From Candidatus Gygaella obscura (GTDB lineage: Bacteria; Omnitrophota; Gorgyraeia; Gygaellales; Gygaellaceae), in contig JAVCCR010000014.1 in assembly GCA_030765485.1 (NCBI GenBank), positions 14,332 to 78,331 of the forward strand: a stretch of DNA of 64,000 bases, in the 5' to 3' direction. The translations under genes and the position numbers were made by a program. This document shows, piece by piece, positions 1-10,543 of this stretch. Each line of letters starts with the position of its first letter. The stretch's first letter is position 1. The notes beneath the pieces are model-generated. The model saw nothing but the letters and a program-made list of their open reading frames with translations, was not told the origin of the DNA and did not search any database.

Positions 1-1734
1 TCAATCAATAAGGGAATAGAAAATCTCCAAAAATTAGGAAGTAATGTTTATAGACAGGGTGTTCATATGCTGCCGGGTGTATCTTTAATGATGGCAGAGG
101 GGGTGCTTAATTCTGTAAAAGATTTAAAAAAGCCTTTTATAACTATTATAAATTCCTACACTACACAGATTCCCGGTCATGCCCATTTGGATAAGATTGG
201 TCAAGTTGTAAAAAAAGAGTTAGAAGGCATGGGTGTCAATGTCTGGTATGCTAATATCGGAGGGGCTATTTGTGACGGTATTGCTATGGGGCATTTCGGG
301 ATGAAGTATTCTTTGGCCTCGCGTGAGCTGATAACCGATCAGATTGAGACGATTATCGGTGCTCATCCTTGTGATGCTTGGATTGGAATTGGCAATTGCG
401 ATAAGATTGTTCCGGCTATGTATAATGGCATGGTTAGGCTTAATATCCCTGCGATTTATGTAAGCGGTGGACCAATGCTCGCAGGTAAATGTAATACTGA
501 TTTAATTTCTGTATTTGAAGGTGTAGGTAAAAATAGTGTAGGTAAGCTTTCAAGGAAAGCTTTGGAAGACTTGACTGAAGTTGCCTGTCCGGGTTATGGC
601 AGCTGTTCAGGTATGTTTACGGCTAATTCCATGAATTGTCTGGGAGAGGTTTTAGGTTTTGCGTTATCTGGTAACGGAACAATCCCGGCAACAACTAGGA
701 TTAAAGGTAAAAAGAGACAGTTTACGATAAACCCTCAAAGGATAAAGTTGGCTAAGAAAGCTGCTAGGACCTTGATAGATTTGATGAAAAAAAATATCCG
801 TCCTTTGGATATTTTAACTAAAGATTCTATTGATAATGCTTTTGTGCTTGATATGGCTATGGGAGGTTCAACTAATACAGTTTTACATGTTTTGGCCTTA
901 GCGCATGAAGCAGGAATAGATTATGATTTAAAGCGGATAAGCTATATTGCCAAAAATACACCTAATGTAATAAAAATTGCCCCTTCAAGACTAGAGGTTC
1001 ATTTAGAACACGTGCATAAAATCGGAGGTATGGGTGCGATTTTAAAGTCTGTGGCAAAATCTAAAAGGACCCCTTTAAAGCTAAACGCAAAGACTGTTTA
1101 TGGAAAGCTTAAAGATTATGTTTTAAACTCTGCTGAGCCTGACGAAGATATCTTGCGCAGTATTGATAATGCCTTTTCTCAGCAAGGCGGTTTGGCTGTT
1201 CTTTTCGGTAATATTGCCAAGAAAGGTGCAGTGGTAAAGACAAGCGGTGTCGAATCTGATATGATGAGTTTTACTGGACCTGCCAGGATATATAACTCTC
1301 AGGAAGAATCTTTAGATGGGATTTTAAAAGGAGAGGTTAAAGACGGTGATGTAGTAATAATTCGTTATGAAGGCCCTAAAGGGGGTCCAGGTATGCAGGA
1401 GATGCTTTCTCCTACAGCGGCAATCAAAGGAGCAGGTATAAGAGCAGCCTTGGTAACAGATGGAAGATTCTCTGGGGGTACACGCGGGTTATGTATTGGT
1501 CATGTTTCACCTGAGGCGGCTTCTGGTGGTGAGATAGGCTTACTTAAAAATAAAGATATCATCGAAATCGATGTTAAAGAAAAGTCATTAAATGCAAAAG
1601 TCTCCAGTAAAGAATTTAAAAAAAGAGCCAAAGATAAAAAACCGTTCAAATCCAAAGTGCAGGGTGGTTGGCTGCGTAGATATTCTTATTTTGTAACCAG
1701 TGCAGATACCGGTGCTGTTTTACGCAACCCCTAA
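1..1734 (+). CDS. ilvD: Dihydroxy-acid dehydratase (5' end probably outside window)
   Basis: Motifs [80 protein letters not shown]. The frame is open from base 1 ([23 protein letters not shown]...), so the real start is likely upstream of 67. Confidence 0.95.
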   Translation, partial: SINKGIENLQKLGSNVYRQGVHMLPGVSLMMAEGVLNSVKDLKKPFITIINSYTTQIPGHAHLDKIGQVVKKELEGMGVNVWYANIGGAICDGIAMGHFGMKYSLASRELITDQIETIIGAHPCDAWIGIGNCDKIVPAMYNGMVRLNIPAIYVSGGPMLAGKCNTDLISVFEGVGKNSVGKLSRKALEDLTEVACPGYGSCSGMFTANSMNCLGEVLGFALSGNGTIPATTRIKGKKRQFTINPQRIKLAKKAARTLIDLMKKNIRPLDILTKDSIDNAFVLDMAMGGSTNTVLHVLALAHEAGIDYDLKRISYIAKNTPNVIKIAPSRLEVHLEHVHKIGGMGAILKSVAKSKRTPLKLNAKTVYGKLKDYVLNSAEPDEDILRSIDNAFSQQGGLAVLFGNIAKKGAVVKTSGVESDMMSFTGPARIYNSQEESLDGILKGEVKDGDVVIIRYEGPKGGPGMQEMLSPTAAIKGAGIRAALVTDGRFSGGTRGLCIGHVSPEAASGGEIGLLKNKDIIEIDVKEKSLNAKVSSKEFKKRAKDKKPFKSKVQGGWLRRYSYFVTSADTGAVLRNP

Positions 1735-1746
1735 AATTATATTAGA

Positions 1747-2877
1747 ATGAAAAACGCTTTTAAGCGTAATTTCAGGATTTTAAGTGTAATAACACTGCTC
1801 TATTTATTTTTAGTAAGCATAAAATTAATAGGTAGTTCTTTTAAGATGTTTGGCTCTGGTTTTGCCGAGAATCTTATCTGTTCCTGCAGCAATCCAATTG
1901 TTGGTCTTTTTATCGGGATTTTAACTACTAGCATCATACAGAGTTCTTCTACCACCACTTCTTTGGTTGTTGGTTTTGTTGGCGGAGGTATGCTTCCGCT
2001 AGATTATGCTATTCCTATTATCATGGGTGCTAATATCGGCACAACTATAACCAACAGCCTTGTATCATTGTCGTTTGTAACCAGAAGAGAGGATTTTAGA
2101 AGGGCTTTTTCCGGTGCGACCATGCATGATTTCTTTAATCTTTGTTCAGTAATACTGTTTTTACCTCTGGAACTAAAATTTCATTTTCTGCAACGGTCAG
2201 CCATTTTTTTAACAAAGATATTCGAGACAGTCGGCGGAGTAAAACTTACTAGTCCTTTGAAGCTGATAATTGATCCTGTAATCGGGATTATCAAACATTT
2301 TTTAAAAGATATAATTAATACCCCGGATATGCTCTGTGGTATTATTATGTTTTCGGTTTCTGTATTTGTTATGATTTTTTCACTTGTTTACATCGTTAAA
2401 GTAATGCGTTCGTTGGTGATTTCTAAGACTGAAGGATTTATCCATAAATATCTTTTCCGTAATGATGCCACTGCATTTATTCTTGCTTTGTCACTCACGG
2501 CGATTATGCAGAGCAGTTCTGTTACCACAGCTTTAGTTGTGCCTTTAATCGGTTCGGGTATCCTTACTGTATATCGGGCCTATCCATATGTTTTAGGCGC
2601 CAATCTGGGCACCACCCTTACCGCACTTCTGGCATCGTTAGCTACAGTATCCATTGTAAACGGTAAGGCAGTTAATACTATCGGGATAACCGCAGCCTTT
2701 GCCCATTTTATGTTTAATATTTGTGGAATTGCTGTTTTTTATCCTTTGAGAAAAATCCCCATATATTTTTCAACGAAGATTTCTGATTTGGCTTATCGTA
2801 AGAGAAGATGGGCCCTTATTTATGTATTGGGGTTTTTTATCATAATTCCTTTAGCTGTGATATTTTTTATTAGGTAA
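1747..2877 (+). CDS. Na+/phosphate cotransporter (NptA/SLC34 family)
   Basis: Two QSSS repeats each followed by GANIGTT/GANLGTT; multiple TM helices; next to a PhoU-domain gene. Confidence 0.9.
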   Translation: MKNAFKRNFRILSVITLLYLFLVSIKLIGSSFKMFGSGFAENLICSCSNPIVGLFIGILTTSIIQSSSTTTSLVVGFVGGGMLPLDYAIPIIMGANIGTTITNSLVSLSFVTRREDFRRAFSGATMHDFFNLCSVILFLPLELKFHFLQRSAIFLTKIFETVGGVKLTSPLKLIIDPVIGIIKHFLKDIINTPDMLCGIIMFSVSVFVMIFSLVYIVKVMRSLVISKTEGFIHKYLFRNDATAFILALSLTAIMQSSSVTTALVVPLIGSGILTVYRAYPYVLGANLGTTLTALLASLATVSIVNGKAVNTIGITAAFAHFMFNICGIAVFYPLRKIPIYFSTKISDLAYRKRRWALIYVLGFFIIIPLAVIFFIR

Positions 2878-2901
2878 ATCTTAAAGAAAGAGGTGGTTTA
2901 A

Positions 2902-3573
2902 ATGTTAAGAGAAATAATTGCTGTTTGGAAAGGCGAAAGTTTTATGAATAAGGTGGTTGAGGAGTTTGTTCAGATGTTAAAAGATGCAGATAGTGTCTTT
3001 GAAAAGGCCTGGAATATATTTAAAGATAGCGGGGTCAATGAACAGACAAAGAGCGAGATTTATGAAAAGGATAAATCTGTCAATAAAAAAGAGCGTAAAA
3101 TAAGAAGGATGCTTCTTGAGCACTTGAGTATAAATCCGCAACAGGATGTTTCTGGTTGTCTTGCGATGATAAGCCTGGTTAAGGATGCAGAGCGTATCGG
3201 CGATTATGCTAAGAATATCTTTGAGGTTGGTATCCTTATGGGTGATAAGTTGAAGGATATGCAATATATCACAAGGCTTAGCGATATTCAGTCTAGAATT
3301 AATAGGCATTTTATTACCCTTACCAAGGCCTTTACCGAATCTGATGATACCTCTGCAAAAAAAGTCTTGGAAGATTATAAAAGCATAAAAGAAGAGTGTA
3401 ATAACGTGTTAAACGATTTATTAAATGATTCTATGTCTAATAAGGAGGCGGTTTCAACTGCCCTTTTGTCCAGGTATTTTAAGAGAATAAACTCGCATAT
3501 CAGCAATATTGCTTCAGGATTGGTTTATCCTTTGGATAGGATTGATTTTGTCAGGGGTGATCTTTTAGAGTAG
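2902..3573 (+). CDS. PhoU-domain phosphate uptake regulator
   Basis: DKSVNKKERKIR and KDAERIGDYAKNI motifs, second repeat RYFKRINSHISNIA; SD GAGGTG upstream. Confidence 0.85.
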   Translation: MLREIIAVWKGESFMNKVVEEFVQMLKDADSVFEKAWNIFKDSGVNEQTKSEIYEKDKSVNKKERKIRRMLLEHLSINPQQDVSGCLAMISLVKDAERIGDYAKNIFEVGILMGDKLKDMQYITRLSDIQSRINRHFITLTKAFTESDDTSAKKVLEDYKSIKEECNNVLNDLLNDSMSNKEAVSTALLSRYFKRINSHISNIASGLVYPLDRIDFVRGDLLE

Positions 3574-3583
3574 TCTAGTTTTA

Positions 3584-3612
3584 TTGACTAATCATTCTCG
3601 CCGTACTATAAT
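3584..3612 (+). promoter_or_regulatory. Sigma70-type promoter for the histidine kinase/response regulator pair
   Basis: TTGACT (3584-3589), 17-bp spacer, TATAAT (3607-3612) in the intergenic gap. Confidence 0.7.
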
Positions 3613-3670
3613 TGTATATAGATAAATCTACTGTTTGTTGGTTTTTTATAATAATCCAAAGTATCTTTAC

Positions 3671-6600
3671 ATGAGCCGAACTATTCCTAAAAACCCACAG
3701 TCAAAAAAACATAATTTCTTAGGTTCTAATAGTATGTATAAATCAACTATAGATTCTATGGCTGATGCCATACATGTTATTGATAAAGATTTTAAAATAA
3801 TTATATTCAATAAAAAATTCAAGAATTTTAACCGTAAGATAAAACTACAGATAGATGTTATTGGAAAAAGTATTTTCGATGTTTTTCCTTTTTTGTCAAA
3901 GGATATTTTGGAAGAATATAAGAAAGTATTTGAAACAGGCAAGCTTTTGATTACAGAAGAAAGTAATATTATAAACAAAAAAGAATATTTTACTGAAACT
4001 CGCAAGATCCCCGTGATGGAAAAGGGTAAGGCAATAAATATTATAACTGTAGTAAGGGATATTACTGAACGCAAGAAACAAGAAAAAGAGCTTGTTTTGA
4101 ATAATATGGCAGTGGAATCTTCCGTTGCTGCTTTTGCTGTAGCAGACATCAAAGGTGGGATTATTTCCGTAAATAAAGCATTTTTAAAAACCTGGGGTTA
4201 TAGAAGCAAAAAACATGTTTTAGGAAAGCCGGTTAGTCAGTTTTGGTTAATGGAAAAACAAGTTTTTTATGTTTTAGGGCAATTGAAAAAAAATAAAAGT
4301 TACTTTGGTGAGCTACAAGCAAGAAAAAAAGACGGCTCTTCTTTTGTTGCCAAGGTCTCAGCCAGTATTATTAGAGATAAGCAGGATAATCCTATTGCTA
4401 TGATGGCTTATTTTATGGATGTTACTAAGGAAAATCAGACAAAAGAAAGTCTAATAAATTCAGAAGCAAAGTATCGTTTGGTTATGGAGAATATGCACGA
4501 TTTGGTGTTTCAGGTTTCACCGCTTGGTTTTATTCAGTATATCAGCCCAAAGGTAAAAGATTTTTACGGTTATACTCCTAAGGAGTTAATTGGTAAACAT
4601 ATAAAACAGACTACTGTTTTAAGCCAGCTTCCCAAGGCTTTATTGGTATTGAAACGCGTTTTAAGTGGTGAGAATATCAGGGATTTTGAAATCAGGCTGA
4701 AGAATAAACAAGGTAAGCCTACGGTTATGGAGGTCAATATATTCCCTGTAGTAAGTAACGGTCGTATAATAGCAGTACAAGGAGTAATGAGAGATGTTAC
4801 TAATATTAGAAGAATCCAGCTTACTGTCAGAAAAAATGAACAGCTTCTTAAGGCCATAGTAAACAGCAGCCCCAACTGTGTTTATGTAAAAGACGATAAA
4901 GACAGATTTATTCTTGTGAATAAGAAGATGACTTCGCTTTTTTCGCTTAGGGCAGAGGATTTTATTAATAAGACTGTAAAACAGGTTTTTGCTTCTTTTG
5001 ATAAAAAGCCGGGATATGCGTTTAAGAAGATTTTTGAAGGTGATAAGGATGTAATCATAAGCAAAAAGATTAAAGTTGTCCCTGAAGAGAATTTGGTTTG
5101 TCCGGATGGCAGTAAAATCTGTTATCGGTTAAACAAAATTCCTTTAGATACAGCTGATTATAGAAATTGTGTTTTAGGTATTGCGATTGATCTAACAGAT
5201 TATAAAAAAGCAATAGAGCAAGTAAGGTTGTTAAAGGAAAGAATTGAATTTATTTTAGGAGCAACAAATACAGGCTTGGATATTATCGACAGCAATTTTA
5301 ATATTGTCTATATAGATCCAATCTGGGCCAGTAAGTATGGGAAATCAGTAGGTAGGAAATGCTACGAGTATTTTATGAAGCGCAATGAACCCTGTCTGGA
5401 TTGCGGGATAATCAAAGCTAAACGTACTAATAAACCGGTTGTTTCCGATGAGGTGTTGGTAAGGGAGAAAAACAGACTTGTACAGATAACTACAATTCCT
5501 TTTAAGGGCAAGACAGGTAATAGTTTATTTGCTGAAGTTAATGTTGATATCACTGAAAGAAAAAAAGCAGAAGAAAAAATCGCTGATACGGAAAGAAGAT
5601 TAGTGGATTTTTATGAGAGTAGCCGCGATGCGTATGTATTTGTGGATATGAAAGGTAATATTAAGGAGTTTAATAAAGCCTATAAGGATATGCTTGGCTA
5701 TACTGATAGCGAGTTGGTAAAATTGACTTATAAAAAACTAACTCCCAAAAAATGGCATGCCATGGAGGAGGAGATTGTAAAAACGCAGATTTTAAAACAT
5801 GGTTTTTCTGAGCTTTATGAAAAGGAATATGTTAGAAGTAATGGTAGTGTAATTCCTGTTGAATTAAGGACTTGTCTTGTAAAAGATGTTTTTGGTAAGC
5901 CAGAAGGGATGTGGGCTTTTATTAGGGATATATCTATTAGAAAGGAAACCGAAAATAATCTCAAGCAGGTTTATCAAAGGCTTAAGGTAACCCAGGATAA
6001 CCTTATTCTTTCTGAGAAGCTTGCTGCTTTAGGAAAATTTTCATTAGGTATTGCCCATGAAGTAAAAAATCCTTTAGGTATTGCTTTAGGCGGGGTGGAG
6101 TTTTTGAATCAGAAGCTAGCAGATAAAGATGAAGAACTTGTTCTTACTGTAGCTAAGATAAAAGATGCGCTTATGCGGGCGAATAAGATACTTTATTCTC
6201 TGTTGCAGACGGCAAGGCCAACTAAGATGAATATTGTCGAATCAGACATAAATGAGCTGATTGATGATGTTTTAAGTCTGGTGCAATTTAAGATTGATCC
6301 TCAAAGAATTACAATAGAAAAGGATTTTGTTTTAGGTTGCGTTAATGCTAAAGTTGATAAATCCCAGATTCATCAGGTTATGTTCAATGTTTTTATGAAT
6401 GCCATAGAGGCTATGCCTAAAAAGGGGAAACTATTAGTAAAGACATATATAAAAGAATTAAAAGAGAATAAAAAACAATGTGTAATAGAGGTAATTGATA
6501 CTGGTAAAGGAATAGAGAAGGATAATCTTTCTAAATTGTTTGAGCCTTTCTTTAGTACTAAGGATAAGGATAAAGGCTTGGGGTTGGGTTTAATTATTGT

Positions 6601-6694
6601 AAAGGATATAATTGACAGGCATAAAGGCACCTTTTCCATAAAGAGCCAGCCCAAAAAGGGTGCGTGTGCAGTGATTACTCTTCCAATGGATTAA
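3671..6694 (+). CDS. Cytoplasmic multi-PAS (about 6 PAS/PAC) sensor histidine kinase
   Basis: Repeated PAC ends (RDITERK, MDVTKE, RDVTNI, IDLTDYK, VDITERK, RDISIRK), HisKA GIAHEVKNPL, HATPase DTGKGI/FEPFFSTK/GLGLGL; no TM segment. ATG at 3671 preferred over TTG at 3635. Confidence 0.92.
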   Translation: MSRTIPKNPQSKKHNFLGSNSMYKSTIDSMADAIHVIDKDFKIIIFNKKFKNFNRKIKLQIDVIGKSIFDVFPFLSKDILEEYKKVFETGKLLITEESNIINKKEYFTETRKIPVMEKGKAINIITVVRDITERKKQEKELVLNNMAVESSVAAFAVADIKGGIISVNKAFLKTWGYRSKKHVLGKPVSQFWLMEKQVFYVLGQLKKNKSYFGELQARKKDGSSFVAKVSASIIRDKQDNPIAMMAYFMDVTKENQTKESLINSEAKYRLVMENMHDLVFQVSPLGFIQYISPKVKDFYGYTPKELIGKHIKQTTVLSQLPKALLVLKRVLSGENIRDFEIRLKNKQGKPTVMEVNIFPVVSNGRIIAVQGVMRDVTNIRRIQLTVRKNEQLLKAIVNSSPNCVYVKDDKDRFILVNKKMTSLFSLRAEDFINKTVKQVFASFDKKPGYAFKKIFEGDKDVIISKKIKVVPEENLVCPDGSKICYRLNKIPLDTADYRNCVLGIAIDLTDYKKAIEQVRLLKERIEFILGATNTGLDIIDSNFNIVYIDPIWASKYGKSVGRKCYEYFMKRNEPCLDCGIIKAKRTNKPVVSDEVLVREKNRLVQITTIPFKGKTGNSLFAEVNVDITERKKAEEKIADTERRLVDFYESSRDAYVFVDMKGNIKEFNKAYKDMLGYTDSELVKLTYKKLTPKKWHAMEEEIVKTQILKHGFSELYEKEYVRSNGSVIPVELRTCLVKDVFGKPEGMWAFIRDISIRKETENNLKQVYQRLKVTQDNLILSEKLAALGKFSLGIAHEVKNPLGIALGGVEFLNQKLADKDEELVLTVAKIKDALMRANKILYSLLQTARPTKMNIVESDINELIDDVLSLVQFKIDPQRITIEKDFVLGCVNAKVDKSQIHQVMFNVFMNAIEAMPKKGKLLVKTYIKELKENKKQCVIEVIDTGKGIEKDNLSKLFEPFFSTKDKDKGLGLGLIIVKDIIDRHKGTFSIKSQPKKGACAVITLPMD

Positions 6695-6709
6695 AAATGG
6701 AGATTAAAG

Positions 6710-7078
6710 ATGAAAAGAATAATGATAGTAGATGATGAAAAGGACTTTTGTTTTTTTATCAAAAAGAATTTAGAGCTTACCAAACTGTTTGAGGTTTTGG
6801 TTTGTATAGATGCAAAAGAAGCGTTTCAAAAGATCAAGAATGAAAAGCCTAATCTGGTGATTCTTGATGTGGCTATGCCGGATAAAGATGGAAGCCAGAT
6901 TGCCCAGGAAATAGAAGAAGACGAAGAGCTTAAACATCTTCCTTTTATATTTTTAACCGCTTTAGTTACAGAAGAAGAAGCCAAAAGGCAAGCCAGTCAG
7001 AGTAAGCGTCAATATATATTTTCTAAGCCTGTTGAGATTCAAAGTCTTATTAACACAATTAATAAATTGCTTGTATAA
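6710..7078 (+). CDS. Single-domain response regulator (receiver only)
   Basis: IMIVDDE, ILDVAMPDKDG, FLTA, SKP motifs. Confidence 0.92.
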   Translation: MKRIMIVDDEKDFCFFIKKNLELTKLFEVLVCIDAKEAFQKIKNEKPNLVILDVAMPDKDGSQIAQEIEEDEELKHLPFIFLTALVTEEEAKRQASQSKRQYIFSKPVEIQSLINTINKLLV

Positions 7079-7115
7079 TTTTTAATTGAGTAGAAAAATA
7101 ATTTATTTTCTGCTC

Positions 7116-7145
7116 TTGACAGAAGATAAGATTTTATGTTATACT
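7116..7145 (+). promoter_or_regulatory. Sigma70 promoter of the fur operon
   Basis: TTGACA (7116-7121), 18-bp spacer, extended -10 TGtTATACT (7137-7145). Confidence 0.7.
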
Positions 7146-7148
7146 CTA

Positions 7149-7173
7149 ATTGGAAATGAAAACCATTTTCAAT
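7149..7173. promoter_or_regulatory. Palindromic operator (Fur-family box), probably autoregulatory
   Basis: ATTGGAAATG-AAAAC-CATTTTCAAT, a 10-bp inverted repeat with one mismatch lying between the -10 box and the SD of a Fur-family gene. Confidence 0.65.
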
Positions 7174-7186
7174 AAGGAGAGATAGA

Positions 7187-7648
7187 ATGCCATTTAGAAA
7201 AAGAGGTTTTCAAAAGGCGTGGCAGGGGCAGATTAAAGATGCGGGATTTCGTTGGACTATGCCAAGACAGGTTATTTTGAATGTATTGGCAAATACTAAA
7301 GATCATTTAAGCGCCGAAGATATCTATTTAAAGGTACATAATATATATCCGCAGGTGGGCTTGACAACTATTTATAGGACTTTGGATCTATTGGTTAATA
7401 TGGGGCTTGTTTTAAAAAGTGATTTTGGTGATGGGCGGGCGCGTTTTGAGATTAAAAGACAGGATAAAAAACATCATCATCATCTGATATGCACGAAATG
7501 TTCTCGGGTTATAGACTATACGGATTTTATTGATAAAGAAGTTAAATTGCTTAAAGAAACCGAAAAAGGTTTAAGTGAAAAGTTTGACTTTGATATAACA
7601 GGTCATTTGATTCAATTTTATGGAGTCTGCAAAGATTGCAGAAAGTAA
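7187..7648 (+). CDS. Fur-family metalloregulator
   Basis: HLSAEDIY, TTIYRTL, HHHHLICTKC and C-terminal GVCKDC zinc-site motifs. Confidence 0.93.
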   Translation: MPFRKRGFQKAWQGQIKDAGFRWTMPRQVILNVLANTKDHLSAEDIYLKVHNIYPQVGLTTIYRTLDLLVNMGLVLKSDFGDGRARFEIKRQDKKHHHHLICTKCSRVIDYTDFIDKEVKLLKETEKGLSEKFDFDITGHLIQFYGVCKDCRK

Positions 7649-7663
7649 AAAAAGGAGGATATT

Positions 7664-8026
7664 ATGCCTAGAGGAGATGGAACAGGTCCAGCAGGACAGG
7701 GACCAACGACAGGAAGAGGCTTAGGCTATTGTGCTGGTTTTTCCGCATCTGGTTATGCTAACTCGGGTTTTGGAAGGGGATATGGCATGGGTGCAGGCCG
7801 TGGTATGGGGAGAGGCAGACGTAATTGGTTTTACCAGACAGGTATGCCTGGTTCGGTAAGGGCTGGTTATGGTATGCCTGCTTATGGTAATCCTAATCAG
7901 TTTTATGCTGCGCCTTCAAAAGAAGAACAGTTGGATATCCTAAAAAATGAGGCTGAAAGTCTAAAGGTAAGATTAAAGGATATTGATTCTCAGCTGGATA
8001 GTTTAAGCAAGGAAGAAAACAAGTAA
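7664..8026 (+). CDS. DUF5320-like Gly/Arg-rich protein with C-terminal coiled coil
   Basis: MPRGDGTGP..GP.TGRGLGYC start, GRG repeats, EEQLDILKNEAESLK coil; usual context next to NifX-family genes. Confidence 0.8.
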   Translation: MPRGDGTGPAGQGPTTGRGLGYCAGFSASGYANSGFGRGYGMGAGRGMGRGRRNWFYQTGMPGSVRAGYGMPAYGNPNQFYAAPSKEEQLDILKNEAESLKVRLKDIDSQLDSLSKEENK

Positions 8027-8045
8027 ATAAACACAAGGAGATAAT

Positions 8046-8423
8046 ATGCGTTTTGCAATATCTACCGATAAGAGTGAAGTGTCTGCTCATTTTGGCAGAT
8101 GTCCATCTTTTACTATTGTTGATATTGAGGAAGGTTCAGTAAAGACCAGGCTTTTAGTGGCTAATCCAGGGCACCATCCGGGTTTTATTCCTCAGTTTTT
8201 GCATGAAAAAGGAGTGGAGTGTGTTATTACAGGTGGGATGGGTATGAATGCAACAAATTTATTTAATCAGCATCAGATTAAAACAGTCGTAGGTGTTACC
8301 GGAAGTATTGATGATGTAATCAATGCAATATGTGAGGGTAAATTGGCCAGCGGTGAAAGTCTTTGCAAGCCAGGCCAGGGTAAAGGATATGGTTTGGATA
8401 AGACTGTTTGTGATCACGAATAA
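8046..8423 (+). CDS. NifB/NifX (FeMo-cofactor-binding fold) family protein
   Basis: VSAHFGRCPSF, VITGGMG motifs; C-terminal C..CDH tail. Confidence 0.88.
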   Translation: MRFAISTDKSEVSAHFGRCPSFTIVDIEEGSVKTRLLVANPGHHPGFIPQFLHEKGVECVITGGMGMNATNLFNQHQIKTVVGVTGSIDDVINAICEGKLASGESLCKPGQGKGYGLDKTVCDHE

Positions 8424-8447
8424 GGAAAGTTAATAAAAGGAGAGATA

Positions 8448-8813
8448 ATGAGAATTTGTGTTACTTCACAGGGTGATAATTTAGATTCAAAAGTTGACCC
8501 GCGTTTTGGCAGATGTCAGTACTTTATTATTGTAGATTCAGATACCTTGGAATTTGAGGCTGTAAAAAACCCTAATATTGATGGTATGGGTGGAGTAGGG
8601 GTACAGTCTGCACAATTTGTCATCTCCAAGGACTTAGCAGCTGTTTTAACCGGTAATGTTGGGCCCAATGCGTTCTCAACCCTAGGGGCAGCGAATCTCA
8701 AGGTTATTACCGGAGTGTCCGGTACAATAAAAGAGGTAGTGGATAATTATAAAAACGGAAAATACAATTCTATAAACGGTCCTAGCGTAGATTCTAAATT
8801 TGGGATGTCTTAA
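8448..8813 (+). CDS. NifB/NifX family protein (second paralogue)
   Basis: VDPRFGRCQYF, GGVGVQSAQ, LTGNVGPNAF. Confidence 0.88.
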   Translation: MRICVTSQGDNLDSKVDPRFGRCQYFIIVDSDTLEFEAVKNPNIDGMGGVGVQSAQFVISKDLAAVLTGNVGPNAFSTLGAANLKVITGVSGTIKEVVDNYKNGKYNSINGPSVDSKFGMS

Positions 8814-8824
8814 ACTTTCATACT

Positions 8825-9685
8825 ATGATAATATCAGTTGCAAGCGGCAAGGGTGGGACAGGCAAAACAACTGTTGCTGTTAATTTAGCCTTATCTTTAG
8901 ATAAAAAACTGCAGTTTCTAGACTGTGATGTTGAAGAACCCAATGCCCATTTATTTTTAAAACCTACAATAGAGAAAATTGAGCCGAGTTTTATCAAGGT
9001 GCCTAAGATTGATGAGTCTTTGTGTAATCTATGCGGCAGGTGTTCGTCAATCTGTGAATATAATGCTTTGGCTGTTATTCCCAAGACAGAAAAGATAGCT
9101 GGCAGGGTAATGGTTTTTCAGCAGCTTTGTCATGGTTGTGGTGGGTGTATGTTGCTTTGTCCTCAGAAGGCAATTACAGAAGTCGATCGTAAAATAGGTG
9201 TAGTGGAAATCGGAAGACATAAGGATATCCAGTTTATTCATGGAAAGATTGATATTTCCGAACCAATGGCGCCACCTTTGATTCGTCATGTCAAAAAATA
9301 TATTGATAAAGATGGTTTAACTATCAGTGATTGTCCGCCAGGCACATCTTGTCCGGTAGTTACTTCTGTTAAGGGCAGTGATTTTTGTATTTTAGTGACC
9401 GAACCAACTCCTTTTGGTCTGCATGATTTAAGTTTAGCCGTAGAGCTTTTAAGGAAAATTAATATTAAATTCGCTATTGCACTGAATAAATCAGGTCCAA
9501 CGGATAAAATCATTGATGATTACTGTAAAAAAGAAAATATTTCTATTCTTATTAGAATTCCATTTGATAAAAAAATAGCCAGTGCGTATTCTAAAGGTGA
9601 AAATATCGTTGAGGTATTTCCTGAATACAAAAACGATTTTAAAGATTTATTTAATAAAATAATTTCAATAGTTAAAAAGCAATGA
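8825..9685 (+). CDS. MinD/ParA-type P-loop ATPase with inserted 2x[4Fe-4S] ferredoxin domain
   Basis: SGKGGTGKTT, DCDVEEPN, CNLCGRCSSIC and CHGCGGCMLLCP, DCPPGTSCP. Confidence 0.9.
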   Translation: MIISVASGKGGTGKTTVAVNLALSLDKKLQFLDCDVEEPNAHLFLKPTIEKIEPSFIKVPKIDESLCNLCGRCSSICEYNALAVIPKTEKIAGRVMVFQQLCHGCGGCMLLCPQKAITEVDRKIGVVEIGRHKDIQFIHGKIDISEPMAPPLIRHVKKYIDKDGLTISDCPPGTSCPVVTSVKGSDFCILVTEPTPFGLHDLSLAVELLRKINIKFAIALNKSGPTDKIIDDYCKKENISILIRIPFDKKIASAYSKGENIVEVFPEYKNDFKDLFNKIISIVKKQ

Positions 9686-10536
9686 AACAGATACTTGTAA
9701 TCAGTGGTAAAGGCGGTACAGGTAAAACAGTGCTATCGGCTTCTTTTGCAGCGCTAGCAAAAAAATGCGTGGTTTCTGATTGCGATGTGGATGCAGCGGA
9801 TTTACATCTTTTATTGCGTCCGAAGATAAAACAGACAGAAAAATTTAAAAGTGGCAAGACTGCCTATATTGACGAAAATATATGCATAAAATGTGGTAAA
9901 TGCATTAATTTTTGCAGGTTTGATGCCATAACCAAAGATTTTAGAATAGATGATGTATCCTGCGAAGGATGCGCAGCCTGTAGTTATCTGTGCCCTGTTT
10001 CAGCGATAAAGATGAGAGAAAATGAATCCGGAGAGTGTTTTGTTTCTGATACTGATTACGGCACTATGGTGCATGCCAGGCTTGGTATTGCAGAAGAAAA
10101 CTCCGGCAAGCTGGTAAGCCTGGTAAGAAAAAAATCCCAGGAGATAGCAATTGCTCAGCAGTGCGAGTTTTTAATAATTGACGGACCTCCAGGAATAGGT
10201 TGTCCTGTTATTGCTTCACTTGCTGCGGTGGATATTGCAGTTGTGGTGACTGAACCTACCATTTCTGGCTTGCATGATGCTAAAAGAGTTATTGAACTTG
10301 CAAATCATTTTAAGGTTCCAGTTAATTTAGTCATAAATAAATTCGATCTTAATTTGGAAATGAGTGAGAAAATTGAAAATTACTGTAAGGATAGTAACAT
10401 TAAAGTATTAGGTAAGATTGGTTTTGATCAAACGTTTATTAAAAGTCTTGTTGAGGCAAAGCCCATTGTAGAATGCAGTTATGCCAAGGTAAAAAAGGAT
10501 ATTGTGGATATTTGGCAAAAGTTGATTTATAATTGA
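9682..10536 (+). CDS. MinD/ParA-type P-loop ATPase with ferredoxin insert (partner paralogue)
   Basis: SGKGGTGKT, DCDVDAAD, CIKCGKCINFC, CEGCAACSYLCP, DGPPGIGCP; ATGA overlap with the previous gene. Confidence 0.9.
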   Translation: MKQILVISGKGGTGKTVLSASFAALAKKCVVSDCDVDAADLHLLLRPKIKQTEKFKSGKTAYIDENICIKCGKCINFCRFDAITKDFRIDDVSCEGCAACSYLCPVSAIKMRENESGECFVSDTDYGTMVHARLGIAEENSGKLVSLVRKKSQEIAIAQQCEFLIIDGPPGIGCPVIASLAAVDIAVVVTEPTISGLHDAKRVIELANHFKVPVNLVINKFDLNLEMSEKIENYCKDSNIKVLGKIGFDQTFIKSLVEAKPIVECSYAKVKKDIVDIWQKLIYN

Positions 10537-10543
10537 TTTTAAG

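Noticed and set aside
7664-8026. Gly-rich small ORF as a second RiPP precursor or repeat array
   Set aside because: It matches the DUF5320-like pattern in its usual context, and the repeats are protein-level GRG units.
8046-10536. Nitrogen fixation genes (NifX-like and NifH-like P-loop proteins)
   Set aside because: There is no nifHDK or nifEN; the ATPases are MinD-type with ferredoxin inserts, and stand-alone NifX-fold proteins are widespread.
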